This document shows positions 1 through 14,414 of a DNA stretch of 64,000 nucleotides, one piece after another; position 1 is the stretch's first letter, and each line of letters starts with the position of its first letter. Origin of the DNA: Octopus bimaculoides (lineage: Eukaryota); assembly GCF_001194135.2 (NCBI RefSeq), contig NC_068989.1:38838765-38902764 (forward strand), read 5' to 3'. Both the position numbers and the translations under genes were made by a program. Under the pieces are notes generated by a model that saw only the letters and a list, made by a program, of their open reading frames with translations, was not told the DNA's origin and searched no databases.

Positions 1-299
1 TGCAGTACATGCCAATCAGGTTTCAATTCTCAGTCACATTCTTCTTTATTTTAATTCCCTCGTCTGTAACAGAGTAGTTAAAGACCAGCTGATTATGAGA
101 ATATTTTTATTCAGGTGTTGATCTAGTTCTTGTAACTAAATCTGTTTAAAGAATTAGGGAAATAATTTCAAATGTGGAAGCAATGCCTATAATCAAAAGA
201 TCACAAATTAAACTTAGCAAAAACCAACTTAGTTTACAGGAAAGAAGAAGGAATGCTACAATCATCTAGAAATTTGTTATGCATATTCTGTAGAAAAAG

Positions 300-960
300 A
301 ATGGACAGAAATTCCATACTCTGTGTCCAGTGGATGCAAAAGGATTTGCAAAAGTCAGGTTGACAGACTTGAAGAGTTTCACTTATAGCATATCTGCAGC
401 AGTAATTAGCTTATCACTCATGAAATAAATTCTTTGACATGCTCAGAATGCTCTGTAGTAGTTGTTGATAGCTTCTGTTATTTAGGTAATCTAATTAGCA
501 GTGGAAGAATGTGTTCTGAATGTTTAGTACCCAGAGCAAGAATGGAGAAGATAAGGCTAAGCGAGTTATGTCTTTGATGACAACAAAAGGATTGTTTTTC
601 TGAGAGAATAATAGATTGTATAATGCTCATGTTTTAATTGTGAAAATGTATGGCAGCAAAATATGCATCTTGAATGCACTAGGTGAGCAAAGGTTGAACA
701 GAATGGAGTTGAACATGATCTGGTAAGAGAAAGTTTGAAAATAAGAGGTATTAGATGTAGTTTGTAGAAGAGGCAATTGAACTGGTATGGACAAATAGGA
801 AATGCTGTTTGGTAAACAACTGAAGGGAACCTTCAGAAGGAGAAGACCAAAAATGTAATTAAAAGTACGAAAGGAAAGTTATTAACAGAAGATTTTTGGA
901 GGTTGAACCTGATTAAAGTCATCCCTAGCTCATGCCTCACTGCAATGGTTTGTGGCTCAG
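300..960 (+). mobile_element. Decayed RTE-clade LINE 3' fragment
   Basis: Frame-broken RQLNWYGQ (771-794) and a GRRP-like motif (about 822-852) resemble the RTE C-terminal RLRWYGHV...GRRPRGRP signature; many stops. Confidence 0.55.
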
Positions 961-3429
961 TCAAGGATATCTGTATAGGAGGATAAAATGAAAACTCATC
1001 TTATAAAAATGGTTATTAAGTTTCTAATTAAAGCTAGGTTGGTTGGAATTTGCATTAATGTAAATTTAGTTCTCTCTAAATCTACCCCTGGCATAACCAT
1101 TTACATAACTTGTGACTGTGAGGCCATTCCAGAATTGTGTATGCTTCTTGACAGTGTTTTAGATAAATACTGAAATGAAGTGCACAACCTCAATCTAACA
1201 GCTTGCACATTTCTTCAAACCTTGAGACAGGAAAACGTTGCCTTTAAAATAGGCCAGTGAGGAGACAAGCATATTAAACATGTAAGCAATCAGTGGATTT
1301 AACAAGAAATATAGGTACATAATGGATCCTCCAGCACAACTTCTAAAGTGAGCTAGGAAGAAGAAAATAACTTGGTTTAAACTGTTTAATCTTGATATCT
1401 GCAAATATAGAGGGAGCATTTCTCAAAAATTCATAAATAAATGCCACAAGCTTGTTTATGTTCACAGTTAGTTTATTCTGTCAAAATAACATTTCTTTCA
1501 ATATTGCTTGCTAAAATGCATACTGCAGCCTCTATTCCCTTGTCACACCTGCAAATGTTTAAACCAATCCATCATTCCTCAGCAAGCATTCTAACATTTT
1601 AAGACAGTGGTTTATAGGACAGCCTTCACTCCAACTGATGGTATCCAAAGATATTAAATCAGACACACAACCAATGACTTCAAAAAAAGTTTCATTTACC
1701 ATATGTACTCTTAGGTTCAGACATTAGGAAAACTCTACCACTTTGTCCCATTTTATTTACAGATGTTAGGATCAGGGATTTGGGCTTCACAGTATTAAAT
1801 GGAGAAAGCTCAGCTTATGTCTTTGTTGCACATATTGAATTCCTTAATAAGAAGACTCTACTCTCATAGGACTGCCATCAACAGTGCTTCCTATTAGTAG
1901 ATTTTAAACCATTGTATGAGAGAAACTTTCTCACACTAGTGCTGAAAATCTACTTGCATCAGTGTTATTCCATATTCAGCTGCTGCTACGACTTCCAGTG
2001 GTCACTTAGTAGTCACCTAAAAAGTCACCATTAGATTAGCTAAGCAGACTATGTGATGTAAACTTTAACCTTATTAATTATCCAATTACAATCAGTACTC
2101 CTTAAATTCCTAGCTTCTTTGACAATTAGATCAGCAGTATCTGTGAAACTTTGAGAACTGCAATATTAAGTCACAAATTGTTATATACACAGACACACAA
2201 ATTAACCTATCTAAGACTTTAACTACTCCTAACATAAAGTTCTATTGACCACTAATATATTTTTGTAACATAGAAAGAATATATATATTTATGTGTGTGT
2301 GTGTGTTATTAATATTTGACAGAAGTAACAGAGTAACTGAAGGGGTAAGAATTCCATGTGTTAGCACTTACAAAACTTTGTGAATTAAAGTTTGATAAGT
2401 GCTAATGTACGAAACTCCCAACCCTTGAGTCACTCTGTTACCTCTATCAAACATTAATAGATATATATATATATTTATATTCACGTTTTGAATTCTATTT
2501 TTCCTGCTTGCATTGCCAAACCTTTATGTGTATATGTATATATTCATATATGCATTTGTGTGTGTGAATGTGTTGTATGTGTATGCACACACACACACAC
2601 ACACACACAATTGTTAACATTGTGTGTGCTTAAACCAAACAATTGTTTGTACATGTTCTTATATACATTTCTGAGTGAAACTAAACATTTTCACTGTTAA
2701 ATATGTAGATGCATGTACGAACATATGCAAACACCCTGACACAAAACAACATTGGCAAGAAACAAACCTTGTTGGGTTCCAGGTAACTTTGTTTCATTTC
2801 TAATCAATATTCATAAGATACATCCATCCACAATGCTCCAAATCCACATCATGTGTAGATAAATCCACAAGGCATATATAACACATTAACTCTGCATGAT
2901 GTTTTATCCTCATTTACAATGCCCATTAATAAGACACAAGAAAAATTATTTAAGCCTCTAATGTATAGTGTTAAACATTTTTTCATTCTGTGTATTCTGT
3001 GAATATGCATATGAAAAATATTTTGCCATTAGAGATTTATCAATATTGGTAAGCTTTTCACATAATGATATTTGGACAATGTCATCTTAACATGGATATT
3101 ACAAGACACCCAAATTCACCACACTTTAATGGTTTTGGTAAATATTAGGCAGAACAACTAGAGAATAAATAAACAAATATGCATTATGGAATGTTTTTCT
3201 TAAGTATAATAAATAATAAACACCTAAAAAAGATATAGAAATAATATACAGTATGCTTCAAATTATTTCTGCTGCTGTTTCGGATATATTTTCATAATGT
3301 ATTTCATTGGGTATGAAAATATCTGATATTTGGTTAAATTTCTAAATGTTGCAGATATTAAGGTTATCATTTTCCAGACTATTTGCCTCATCTATAAGGT
3401 AAATATCGGCAATAAAATCATCATCATAT

Positions 3430-3600
3430 TAAATCTGCTTCCTATGTTAGCATTGGTCTGACGTTTTAACAAGATCCCTTGTGTCATGCTCCAGTGTCTC
3501 AGTTTTGACATGGTTTGGTTTCAATGGCTGGAAGTCTTTCCTAATGGTTACCATTAATGAAGTGTACTGGGTACATTTTTTTGTGGTACCAATACCCTAG
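3430..3600 (-). mobile_element. Old copy of the (GAT)n-tailed short retroposon (family D)
   Basis: ATGGCTGGAAGTCTTTCCTAATGG resembles ACAGCTGGATGCCCTTCCTAACGCC in the young copy at 63696-64000. Confidence 0.5.
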
Positions 3601-3750
3601 AGGTTGTCTTAACATAAGCAAAACTGAAAACAACCCTATTTTTCTCTACCTGATTCACTGACCATTTTATGGAGTGTGCAGGGTACTTTATTCATGGTAC
3701 TACCACTAGTGAGATCATCTTGTGAATTACTAGAGTAGAAAAGGATAGGA

Positions 3751-3790
<40 letters not shown>

Positions 3791-5226
3791 TTCAGGTGAA
3801 GTGCTGAGAGAGAGTAAGTTATGGTGAGCTGAATAAATTTTTCATAGTTAGAGGGTGGTAATGGAGAGAGTTCAGGAAGGGAGAATGGAATGGACAAAAG
3901 GGAGGAAGAAATTGATGAGAAAGGGCGAGGGCCAGAGTATTACGTGTGGTGGTTAGGCTGGGCAGGTAGGAATCCAGTGCTATATTATAAAGGTAAATAT
4001 GGATGGAAAGGAGAAAGAAATGAGGGTGTTGAAGATCTAGAGAGTCTATGGGGAGATGGTCAGGGAAGGAATGAAAAGTATGGGGATTGTGATGTCAACT
4101 AGTAAGAGCCAAATGAGAGTATGCTGAGGGAGCTGAGAAACCAGCCTGGGGGAGACAGCTGTAAGGCAAGGAGAGAGAAATGGGTGAATGCAGTGGAAAA
4201 ATAAAAGCAGGCAAGTATCACAGAGATGAGGATAAAGTAAAGCAAAGGATAATGCAGTAAAATCATCCCAAGTAGAGAGTTTGAGAAGTCTGTAAGAGAA
4301 AAAAAGGTTGGGATGGAGCAACAGATGAATATAGTAAGAGCATCCCAGCTACCATCACTAATTTTTTAGCCTTCTGTCTACCATGGGTTCCTGAAGTGCC
4401 GCATGTTTCCAATTGTCATGGTTCTTTGTCATCTTTTTTTTTTGTGAGATTCAATAGCTTGAAATCAGTTTTCTTCAGTTCATCCCATATGTTTTGAAGC
4501 CTTTATCATTCTCCACATATATCATCCAGTTTGAGCTCTCATCACACTCTCTCAGGGTGTTAGATAACAGCCCGATTATGTAACCCTGTGCTCCTCAAGG
4601 AGGGCAGTTATGGAAGAAAATATGGCGACTGCTCTCTACTGTTGGAGGTGAAATGAAACATCCAGTTTGTGGATGCTATGAAAAAGATGACAAACAAACC
4701 AAGCATGGGTTAAATTAAGAGTTATGTTCCTTGGCACCAAAAACGGCCTCTCGAAATGTTCCAAGGCAACGAGTCTCCTGGAAAAGTGAAAATGGTGAAT
4801 GTGTGTATGTTTTAAGATTGGTGGTTATGTAGGGCTGGAATGTGTGCAGTGGTATTATATGTGTAGAGTTTTGTGGGGAGGGGGGGGGGTTAATGCTATA
4901 CACTACACCAAGTCCACTCTGAAAATGGTTGCTATTAGAAAAAGCATCCAACTCAGCCAGAGAAAAAGCCAAGAGAAAATGAAATGTACAAGTGGGATGT
5001 GATCCTCCAGTCCATATTGGAGAGCAGTAAGTCTGAATAAAAATCTGACTCAGACTTGAATAACTTGTCCAAGCCAAGCCAAGCCTACATGATAAGCAGA
5101 CATAAAATGATGATAATGATGATAGTTGTAGTATTGATGAAACTGTACAAGTGAAATGAATAATCTAGAAAAATATTATTCCTTTGACTTATGAAGGATC
5201 ATTGCAAATAATATTTTATAATCTTT

Positions 5227-5445
5227 AAGGTAGCAAGCTGGCTGAATGAATCATTAGCACACTGAGCAAAATTCTTAGAGGCACTTGTCTGTCTTCATGT
5301 TCTGATTCAAATTCCACCAAGGCTGACTTTGCTTTTCATCCTTTCAGGGTCAGCATAATAAGTAACAGTTGAGCACTGGGTTTAATGTAATCAATTTATC
5401 ATCTCACCCGAAATTGCTGGCCTTGTGCTAAAGTTTGAAATCAAT
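5227..5445 (+). mobile_element. tRNA-headed SINE, family C (~215 bp)
   Basis: B-box-like GATTCAAATTCC; body and tail (AAATTGCTGGCCTTGTG...TTTGAAA) shared with more than ten copies in this window. Confidence 0.85.
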
Positions 5446-6849
5446 ATTTTATAATTTTACTCTCAGGCCAATTTCTCAAAGATAAGATTTAGATAATTTG
5501 CTAATGACAGTATCTTATAACTTGGGCTTATACAAAGGAGCATCACCATGGTTGATTAACCTACTAGAAATAGTTCACAATTTTTCCTCAAGTTACACCT
5601 TACTATTTTGTAAAAAGATGAGCAACATATTAGATGATGTTGCTCTTTATGCATAATGACCAGGAGAAATCATGGCTGAATTATATTTGGTCATAGGTAA
5701 GCTCAATCAAGACTGAAACTGGTAACTCCTTTGATGATCCTAGAAAGAAAATATCTCAAACAACCTTGTTATTGCGTTCCATTCACTCACAATCAGAAGG
5801 ACCAGAACTAGATTGGATAAACATCAATTCTAAAGCCACATTGTTTGCTCTAACTTCCATCATACTTTCTGTAAAATATTTTATTTCAAGAATATTTTTT
5901 CAGAAATATACAAATCCTTCTCCATCATTTTTGACAGTTTATTCCCAACTGTACACAAATATATACAGAACATAACTACATACACACACACGTGCACATA
6001 ACCCCATATGATATTAAATACTTTGGACTTTTGGATTCCATTTATCAAATTTAATATCCTGTGATATTTCTCTAAACTCATGGTTGTTGTCTCTCTATCT
6101 GGGTGAAATCTCCAAGACGTATCGAATATTACCTATGAAAAGCTTGGCAGCTAGTTTTTGTTGCTTATTGTCTGCCACTGCGCTATCTTTTATCATGGTA
6201 GTAAGAGGGGAGAATGGCTAGTCAGGTTGTAACTTGTTAACATAAACTTTGAACAACTTCCTCTCAAATGACAGCAGTGAAGAATATTAAAATGTTTAGC
6301 TTTCAATAAAATTCTCCCATTTTTCCATTAGTGATGTTTCATTGCAATCGTTGGACTACCCTCACTTAACTTTTGTTATATTTTTGTCTTCTTTTATATT
6401 AATTTCCGTCTAACCAACAACAGTATTGAAAATAGACTTTAATAATTATTATGGTGGTGGTGATGATATCAGAAATTATTATTATTATTATCATGTTATA
6501 TTGATTTTTTAAAATTGTTGTTGTTGTCGTTTTCTGTTATATTATTATGTGTGATTTATGTAACTAGCACTGTGAAGTTATGCTAATTTCTCAGTGAACC
6601 GATTCCATTCATTTGGTTATGATTTTGAGTTGAAAGTACTTTACTGAAGTTGCTAGCATATCTTAGTTAACACAGTAATTTTACTACCTTTCATATCTCA
6701 TTTTGTGGCTTTTTATGTTTAACTAAGCACTCATTATTTATGCATGATTCCTGGTTGATCTGTTTGCTGTAAATTATTGAATATTGACCTGCTATCCTAC
6801 ATATAATTCCTTCACTCTCAAGTATCAATTCCTGATGAGTCAGCTACAA

Positions 6850-7025
6850 TGGCGGAGTCTCTATAAATTGTGCAGTCTCTTAGAAATAGTAGCTAAATCT
6901 CCCTAAGGTCACATTTTAAAAGAAATAATGCATTACATAAGCTACTTCTAAGGTCATGGCTAGAATACTTTTAATGAGAATTCCTGATCAGGACAGACCC
7001 AGAATTAAACAATAACAATAACAGC
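6850..7025 (+). repeat. Unclassified interspersed repeat (family H)
   Basis: Core TAGAAATAG-C-AAATCTCCCT-A recurs near 5585, 44650 and 48602; ends in an (AAC/AAT)n tail. Confidence 0.5.
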
Positions 7026-8299
7026 CACAGCTACAGATGAATACCTTTAATGATAACTCTTGGTGAGTGCCCGACAGTGAATTATTTTCATCTTGACTGG
7101 TGGCATAGTAAGAGTTTTCAGCACTCAGGAGCAAAGATAATTTTAGTGTTTACCCCTCACCTTAATTAACCAATATGATGGTGTAGAGGGAATTTTCCGT
7201 TCTTTTACAACCATACCTAGAGCTGCTGATCCCTATTCCCTCCACTTCCTATGCCTTTGTCTTTTTAATACCTTAAACTGTTTTCTGACATGTATTTCTC
7301 TACATGAACCGTTTTATCTCCATTCCATAGTTCATTAATTCATTGGAGCTTGAAATATTTCCTGTTTTTGTTGCTTAAGAATTTTTCTCCCCAAATTTTT
7401 ACTGTCACTAAAAATACAAGCGCCAAGGTAGAATATAGATTATTACTATATTCAATTTTTGTGACTGTAGTATCTTACCTTTTTATATTTGCATTACTAG
7501 ATTTTTCAGTAATGGCTTTTTAAAAAAAAATAATGTAGGTGATAGATATAAACAATTAAAATAGGCGTATTATCATACACTAAAGATAAGTAAAAGATAA
7601 TAGAAAATAGAATTGAAGTCCAACTTGGAAAATGCATCTGCTAAACTTGGACATTACAGATCAGTCATCCAGTTCAGCTGCACTAGCTGGATATTGAGTG
7701 CATTTAGTAGAATTCATTCCATTCCAAACATTTTCCATACTTGCATGGATCAGACAGAATTTGTCGAGATAGATTTCCTGTAGCTGGATGTTCTTCCTGT
7801 CAGTAAACCACTCTTGTTTTCAAGCAAGTTAATATTTCCCCATGGTTGAATGTGCTTGCACTATTTGCATGATGGTGATGTTGTTCAGAATACATAATGT
7901 ACATACACCACTCTAAAATATTGACAGGCTCTGTGTATCATGAAGGTAATAGAAGTTTGTTTAATACAGAATACATCATTAGTGCTGCAATACTGGATTT
8001 CAAAACTTATGTTGTACAGGAAGACACACTTTTTCTGTCAATTTTAAGCACAAGGCCTGAAACGTTGAAGTAGGGACTAGTTGATTACAAACTTCACTTC
8101 CTACTCTTGATCCTCTGTTCTTATTCTTTCTTATATTCAGTCTGAGAATACATCCTGACACCTTGTAATCTTGTCTGCAGCAAAATACCAATTCTTGTTG
8201 CTCTGTATACTTTAGCCTCTCAACATCTGGCATGAGGCCAAGTCCTTCTCTGCTACACCCTCATTCAGATGAGGGTCTTCTTTTGTCTTGTGAGTTTCT

Positions 8300-8492
8300 T
8301 GGCTAGCCCACTAGTGCTAGTGCCATGAAAAAATGCACTCTGCAAAGTGATTGGCATTTTGGGAAGGCATCTGGTTATAAAAACCATGCCCAAGCAGACA
8401 TTGGGGCTTGACATAGCCCTCTGGTTCATCAGATCTTGTCAAACCATTCATCTCATGCAGTATGGAAAACAGACATTAATTGATGATGATGG
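8300..8492 (+). mobile_element. Family D short retroposon, old copy
   Basis: AAAGTGATTGGCATTTTGGGAAGGCATC...ATGGAAAACAGACATTAATTGATGATGATG tail. Confidence 0.7.
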
Positions 8493-9838
8493 TAATTAGT
8501 GCACACACTTATGAAGCTGAAGGATATTGGAATCAAAATTCATCTTATTAATTGTATTATTGATGTGCAGAAAAGTTCCATCCTATATATGACAAAAATT
8601 CTAAGGAAGATTATTGAGGTTTGAGGAGACTTGTTGTCACCAAACCTCAGTAGAACGTCCCTGCTAATCAAATTTGTATGAAAGAACTTTTGTATAATTA
8701 TAATAATAAAATTACTTGTTTCCAATTTAGACAAAAGGCCATTGACTTTGAGGGGAGGAATTAATAGATTAGATTGCTGCTAGTTCTTGGTATCTTAATG
8801 TATTCCCCAACTTCCAATGAACTAATGCAAAGTTGACATCAGCAGGATTTGAACTCAGAACATGAAAAGCCAGAACAAACATTCATGACATTTCTTTTTT
8901 TTTTTTTTTGACAATTTTGCCAAACCAATATCCAGTATAATAACAATAACAATAATAATAATGATAATGATAACAGTAAGACTTTACAAAATAAAAAAAA
9001 TGCAATGAGTGATTTTGATTTTTGTTATTAAATAAAAGCGATGCATCAAATATCTAGAAACAGGAATAGCAACTTAATACTATCCATAGACTTGCCATGA
9101 TAGTATTAGTAATGGTGATTTAGTTGTTGTTGTTGTTGTTGTTGTCAGTGGTGAGGATGTATTTTTGCTGATGCTCTCTTTTGTAAGTTTGCTATTAGTG
9201 TAGCTGAATCGTAAACAATATTCCATGATTAAATTGCTATGGTTGGTCCTGATGCACATCTAAATATATTTTTAATTTCATGTTGTGATCTACCAAAGCA
9301 TATGGCATTCAAATCAAATAAACGTGTGTGCATGCATGTGTGTGCGTGTGCGTGCTTGTATATACACACTCACACATATACACATACCTACTTACACATT
9401 TTAGCAATATAGTTTATGACATATATAATGTAAATAAGTGAATTGTATATGCTGCACACATAGTGTTGTCATCCATTTTATATTCAGTATGCAATGAATG
9501 TTCAGATGGACACATTTTTACCAGCTTAGTAGATAACAATCACTTAAAATTTCCTTTTTTTTTCCTCTGACATCCATGTAAATGAAAAGAAAAAAATTCA
9601 GTAAAATCATTTCCTAGTTTGAAATGATAAGTGACAAAAGTCTTTGGAAGTCCTCGAGACTCATTAAGCTAGTGCATAAATCTAAATTCATTAGAGTTTA
9701 GCAGATCAAAGATGAATATGCTCCTGGATATGATACACATCTAGTGCAGACATCATTCCTAAAAGAATTGATTCCTGTTCTTAAAACTGTAGTGCACTCG
9801 AGCACTGTATATAACAGGCTTGTTATCATTGTTGTTAT

Positions 9839-10046
9839 TAAGGTAGCGAGCTGGCAGAGTCATTACTATGCCAGACAAAATGCTTAACAGCACTTCATCT
9901 GTCCTTATGTTCTGAGTTCTAATTCTGCTGAAGTCAACTTAGCTTTTTTATTTTTTGGGGGATTGATATAATAAGTACCAGTTGAGCACTGGGGTCAATG
10001 CAATCGACTTAATCCGTGCCTTGAACATACTGGCCTAGTGCCAAAA
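9839..10046 (+). mobile_element. Family C SINE
   Basis: GGTAGCGAGCTGGCAGAGTCATTA head; AAGTACCAGTTGAGCACTGGGGTCAATG core. Confidence 0.85.
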
Positions 10047-10073
10047 TTTAAAGCCATTATTATTATTGTTACT

Positions 10074-10287
10074 AAGTGAGTGAGTTGGCAAAATCATTAG
10101 CATATCAGGCAAAATGCTTAGGGGAATTTCAGCTGTCTTTGCATTCTGAGTTAAAATTCCACTGTGGTTGATTTTGCCTGTCATCCTTTTTGTGTCGATA
10201 AAAGAAATACCAGTGGAACACTGAGGTTGATGTAATCGACTTACTCCTTTCCCTGAAACTGCTAGCCTTGCACCAACATTTGAAATT
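10074..10287 (+). mobile_element. Family C SINE
   Basis: Collinear with the 9839-10046 copy. Confidence 0.85.
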
Positions 10288-10309
10288 ATTGTCATTATTA
10301 CTTTTATAA

Positions 10310-10820
10310 TCTTCTTCACCCAAGATTGATCTTATTCCTAGTAGAATTTATGTAGGCCGCAGGTTAACATCTGTAACACTAGATATCCACATGCTTTCAA
10401 TAAACCATTAAGTACACAAAACCCTTTGGATGATCTTACCTGTTTCTAAGAGGTAAACTTTCTGTAGATGCTCCGCAGGATATTCCACTCCAGCCTTCTT
10501 TATCTAGTTGTCTATTTCATCACTCACAGTCACAAATGCACCAGTTGCCACAGGTACAATCTTTACAGATTCCATGTTCCAAATCCTCACTCAGAAATTT
10601 TAAGAAATCTATCCAAAGATTGTACCATGTACTTCTTGCTTCCAAGTCCCTTTTTAAAAAACCTTCCAATGTAAAACTTTCACAACTAGAGAATGTCTCA
10701 ATTTCTAATATTCAGTGTAGTCAACTTGTGGCATTCTGGAGCAATATGTGTCACTGTGTCATCCTAAATTTCAAATGCTCTACATTTTGCTGAAACCTCC
10801 CCATACAGATACTTTCCCAG
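10310..10820 (-). mobile_element. R4/Dong-like (RLE-type) non-LTR retrotransposon 3' fragment
   Basis: Minus-strand KCRAF...DTVTHIAPECHKL (zinc-knuckle remnant), then VKIVPVATGAFVTV...HLQKVYLLETGKIIQRVL*, the typical C-terminus after the RLE nuclease. The nuclease core appears deleted; internal stop; AAT-like tail near 10290. Confidence 0.7.
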
Positions 10821-10880
10821 TTGTTTCTTTTCATTACTTCATATTGAGTTGCTATAATTAGGCTCCCTGCTTCTTTTCTG

Positions 10881-11084
10881 CAAGTGGCACAATTGTTAGC
10901 ATGCTGGGTGAAATGCTTAGCAGCATCTCGTCCATCTTTATGTTCTGAGTTAAAATTCCTTTGAGGTCAACTTTGCTTTTTATCCTTTTTGGGTCAATAA
11001 AATAAGTACTGGTTGAACATAGGGATCAATGTAGTCAACTTACTCCCTCCCACGAAATTGCTGGCCTTGTCCCAAAATTTGAAA

Positions 11085-11086
<2 letters not shown>
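10881..11086 (+). mobile_element. Family C SINE
   Basis: Collinear with other family C copies; followed by (ATT)n(GTT)n. Confidence 0.85.
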
Positions 11087-11119
<33 letters not shown>

Positions 11120-11133
11120 GTTGTTGTTGTTGT

Positions 11134-11348
11134 GAAGGCAGTCAGCTAGCAGAATCATTAGCATGCTGGATGAAATGCTTAGTGGTATGTTGCCCATTGC
11201 TACGCTTTAAGTTCAAATCCTGTCGAGGTCAACTTTACCTTTCGTCCTTTTGGGATCAATAAAATAAGTACCAGTTGAACACTGGTGTCGATATAATCAA
11301 CTTATCCCCTGCAAACAAAATTGCTGCCCTTGTAGAAAAATTTGAAAC
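11134..11348 (+). mobile_element. Family C SINE
   Basis: GGCAGTCAGCTAGCAGAATCATTAGC head; GTTCAAATCC B box. Confidence 0.85.
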
Positions 11349-11483
11349 TGCTTATTTTTTTTTATCTTTCCATTATTTGTAAATCCCAACACTTTATGTA
11401 TTTCTTTGTATTTTCCCACTCAGCCTTCGCACTGGTGGCAAATAAAAGAACTCATCATCATCATCATCATCATTATTATAACA

Positions 11484-11688
11484 ATCTGGCAGAATCATTT
11501 GTGAGTTAGACAAAATGCTGAGATTCATTTCTTCTAGCTCTGTACATATGTTCAGATTCCACCAAGATAAACTTTGCTTTGCATTCCTTCTGGTCAGCAA
11601 AATAAGAACCAGTTAAACACTGGAAGCAATGTAATCAACTTACTCCCTTTTCCTGTGAGTGCTGGTTTTGTACCAAAATTTGTAACCA
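11484..11688 (+). mobile_element. Family C SINE, old copy
   Basis: More diverged but collinear; preceded by (CAT)n. Confidence 0.75.
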
Positions 11689-12573
11689 TTATTATATAAA
11701 GGTAATTTTTTAACTGGTTGTTCAATATCTTAACCAATCAGAAATTTAAACATTCATAAATTAAAGACAAATGTTTATTGAGGCTGTTTTAATGTATTCT
11801 ACATCAATTTATTCATGACAGCAATAAATTAATCTGTTTTAATTAATCTGTTTTGTAAATTCAAATATTCATTTGAATTATCAACAGTTGAGTAATATCT
11901 TAGTGTATGAGTACCTTTCATAATATCAACCACTTTACAAACAAATGTACAAGCTTAAGAGATCAGTAGCTTATGAAATAGATTTCTCTGGTGCTCTCTA
12001 GTGTTCTCATTAATAGTACCATCTAACAACTTAATTATGTACATGAGAAAATTAACTGTACCAAAACTGAAATACACATCTTTACAGAGTTTGCCTATGT
12101 CTCTTGTGTATTACCTTCAAAATAAGTGCTCAAGGAAATGTTCAAGTGTAAAATTTATTTTAAAAATCCATAACATTTTTGTTTAATACATTTGCCCAAA
12201 CATTGAACTCTGAGTCAAATATAGGATTTCATTCTTTCCATTCCATTAAAATGTTTATTTCCACCAATTCTGATCAATATTGAGGGAAATGTTTTCTTTT
12301 ATTGAATTTAATATCAATATCTTCTTGGTTCACTTCTGTCACTTCAATATTCATAAACTTGCCTCAATTACGACCTAGAACATTCTCTGCCTTCGTTGTC
12401 AGAATTTGTAAATTCATCTGCGAAACTACTGTCATATTTTCTATAAAATCTTCGACTGAAATTTAAATTAGTACAAATACACAAAAGGAAAAGGTGTTTG
12501 TGTGTGTGTATGTGTGTGTGTGTGTATGTATGTGTATATATTCATATATTTATATCAGTAGCTAGAGCTATAT

Positions 12574-12604
<31 letters not shown>

Positions 12605-12823
12605 ATTGTATAGGGTACAATTATACTTAAGAGCACAAAAAGCTATTATGCATGTATGTTGAAAGAACAGGGAAAATACGTATCCAGCGTGTTCTTTCAG
12701 CATATAGGCATAATTGCTATGCAATTAATTATCTCTATGAATGTATTTTACCTAAAATGTTTTTATATACTGGCCACTGATAAAATTCATTAATTGTAAT
12801 GATTTTATCCTCTAATCATGTTT

Positions 12824-12859
<36 letters not shown>

Positions 12860-12869
12860 AGTGTATGTA

Positions 12870-13010
12870 TATCATCGTCATTTAACGTCCATTTTCTATG
12901 CTGGTATGGGTTGGAGAACTTGACAAACTGATGAGGCCAGGGGTCACACCTGGTTCCACAGTCTGTTTTCGTTTGGTTTCTACAGCTGGATGCTTTCAAT
13001 GAATGTGACA
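12870..13010 (-). mobile_element. Family D short retroposon fragment
   Basis: ATCATCGTCATTTAACGTCCATTTTCTATGCTGGTATGGGTTGG matches the 63696 copy. Confidence 0.75.
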
Positions 13011-13482
13011 TTGAAATCACGCATATTTGGCAGCTATTTCTAGCATGCCCTACTACCACGTGACAGTTATTTGCGTTCATACCGAAATATTTACCAACTT
13101 TTTTTCCTTCCATTTATTTCTTCTACTTTATGGAAGTCAATATTTTCTCTGTTGACACCCATCAATGTTAATTTTGCTTTTCTCCCAGTTCTGTGCTTTC
13201 TGGAAGAAAAGCCCTCACTTTATCTCAAAGCTACAAGAATTCACTAACATGATTTGTTTATTTTTTTAAAAGATTTCACAGAGGAATTAGATACAATGGG
13301 TTTGGGCCAGTTTAAACAAACTATAAAATTAGCTTTTTTTTCTTTTTTGAGGGCTTTAGAACCCAAAACCTATGTGGGTTTTTTTTTTGGTTTTTTTTGC
13401 TTTAGAGTTAAAAAATGCTGATTTTACAGTTTTAAATTTTAAAGGGTCTAAAAAAGACTGAAAGATTGATGAATACAATATT

Positions 13483-13697
13483 CTTTTCTACTCTAGGCAC
13501 AAGGCCTGAAACTTTGGGGGAGGGGGCCAGTCGATTAGATCAACCTCAGTATGCAACTGGTACTTAATTTCTTGACCCTGAAAGGATGAAAGGCAAAGTC
13601 GACCTCGGTGGAATTTGAACTCAGAACATAAAGACAGACGAAATACCACTAAGCATTATGCCCGGCTTGCTAACATTTCTGCCAGCTCGCTGCCTTA
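13483..13697 (-). mobile_element. Family C SINE, well preserved
   Basis: Reverse complement gives A-box-like TGGCAGAAATGTTAG and B box GAGTTCAAATTCC; full body and tail. Confidence 0.9.
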
Positions 13698-13933
13698 TGA
13701 TGAATACAATATTAAATATGCTAAGACAACCTGAAAACAATAGAAACTTTTAACCATTTACTGTTTTTTATGAAATTTTGGGGTTATGGGACTTGAGTTA
13801 ACCGAAGCTAAATGTAATGGAAGTTGATTAGTCTGATAATGATTTGCAAAGTTAACTTAAAAGTTAAATCATTAACAAAAATGTTAACTTTGTTAATTAA
13901 CGATCAACAGATTAATGGACTTATGTGCAGCTC

Positions 13934-13974
<41 letters not shown>

Positions 13975-14414
13975 AAAATTCAGGATTCAAGGAAATCAGG
14001 TACTTAAATAGTAAAGTACCAAGGTTGGGTTGGTGATACTACTATCATGTACAAACAGTATTTGAAGACAAATACATACTTACTAAAATAAACACAGATA
14101 TATACTTCAGTTGTCCATAGAATCACAAATGGCCAACTGAATATATATGTGTCTTTGTGTCTGTATTTTTACCACCACCACGATCAGTAAAGCAAATATA
14201 ATGGATAATAAATGGACTAAAAATATAAAAATGAAATAAATAAAAATAATAATATAAAAATAAACAAAAATTATTTAAACTCTATAAGAAACAAACAACA
14301 ATTTAATAATAATAATATTAATAATAATAATAAAATTGTAAAAATAAATACTAAATCTACATTACTTTCATTATTTACATTCGACGGATATTTGTCGTCA
14401 TCTTGTTTGTTGTT

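Noticed and set aside
1080-1990. Possible CR1/L2 RT remnant (RDLGFTV...AHI)
   Set aside because: Motifs too eroded to call by eye; needs tblastn or an HMM search.
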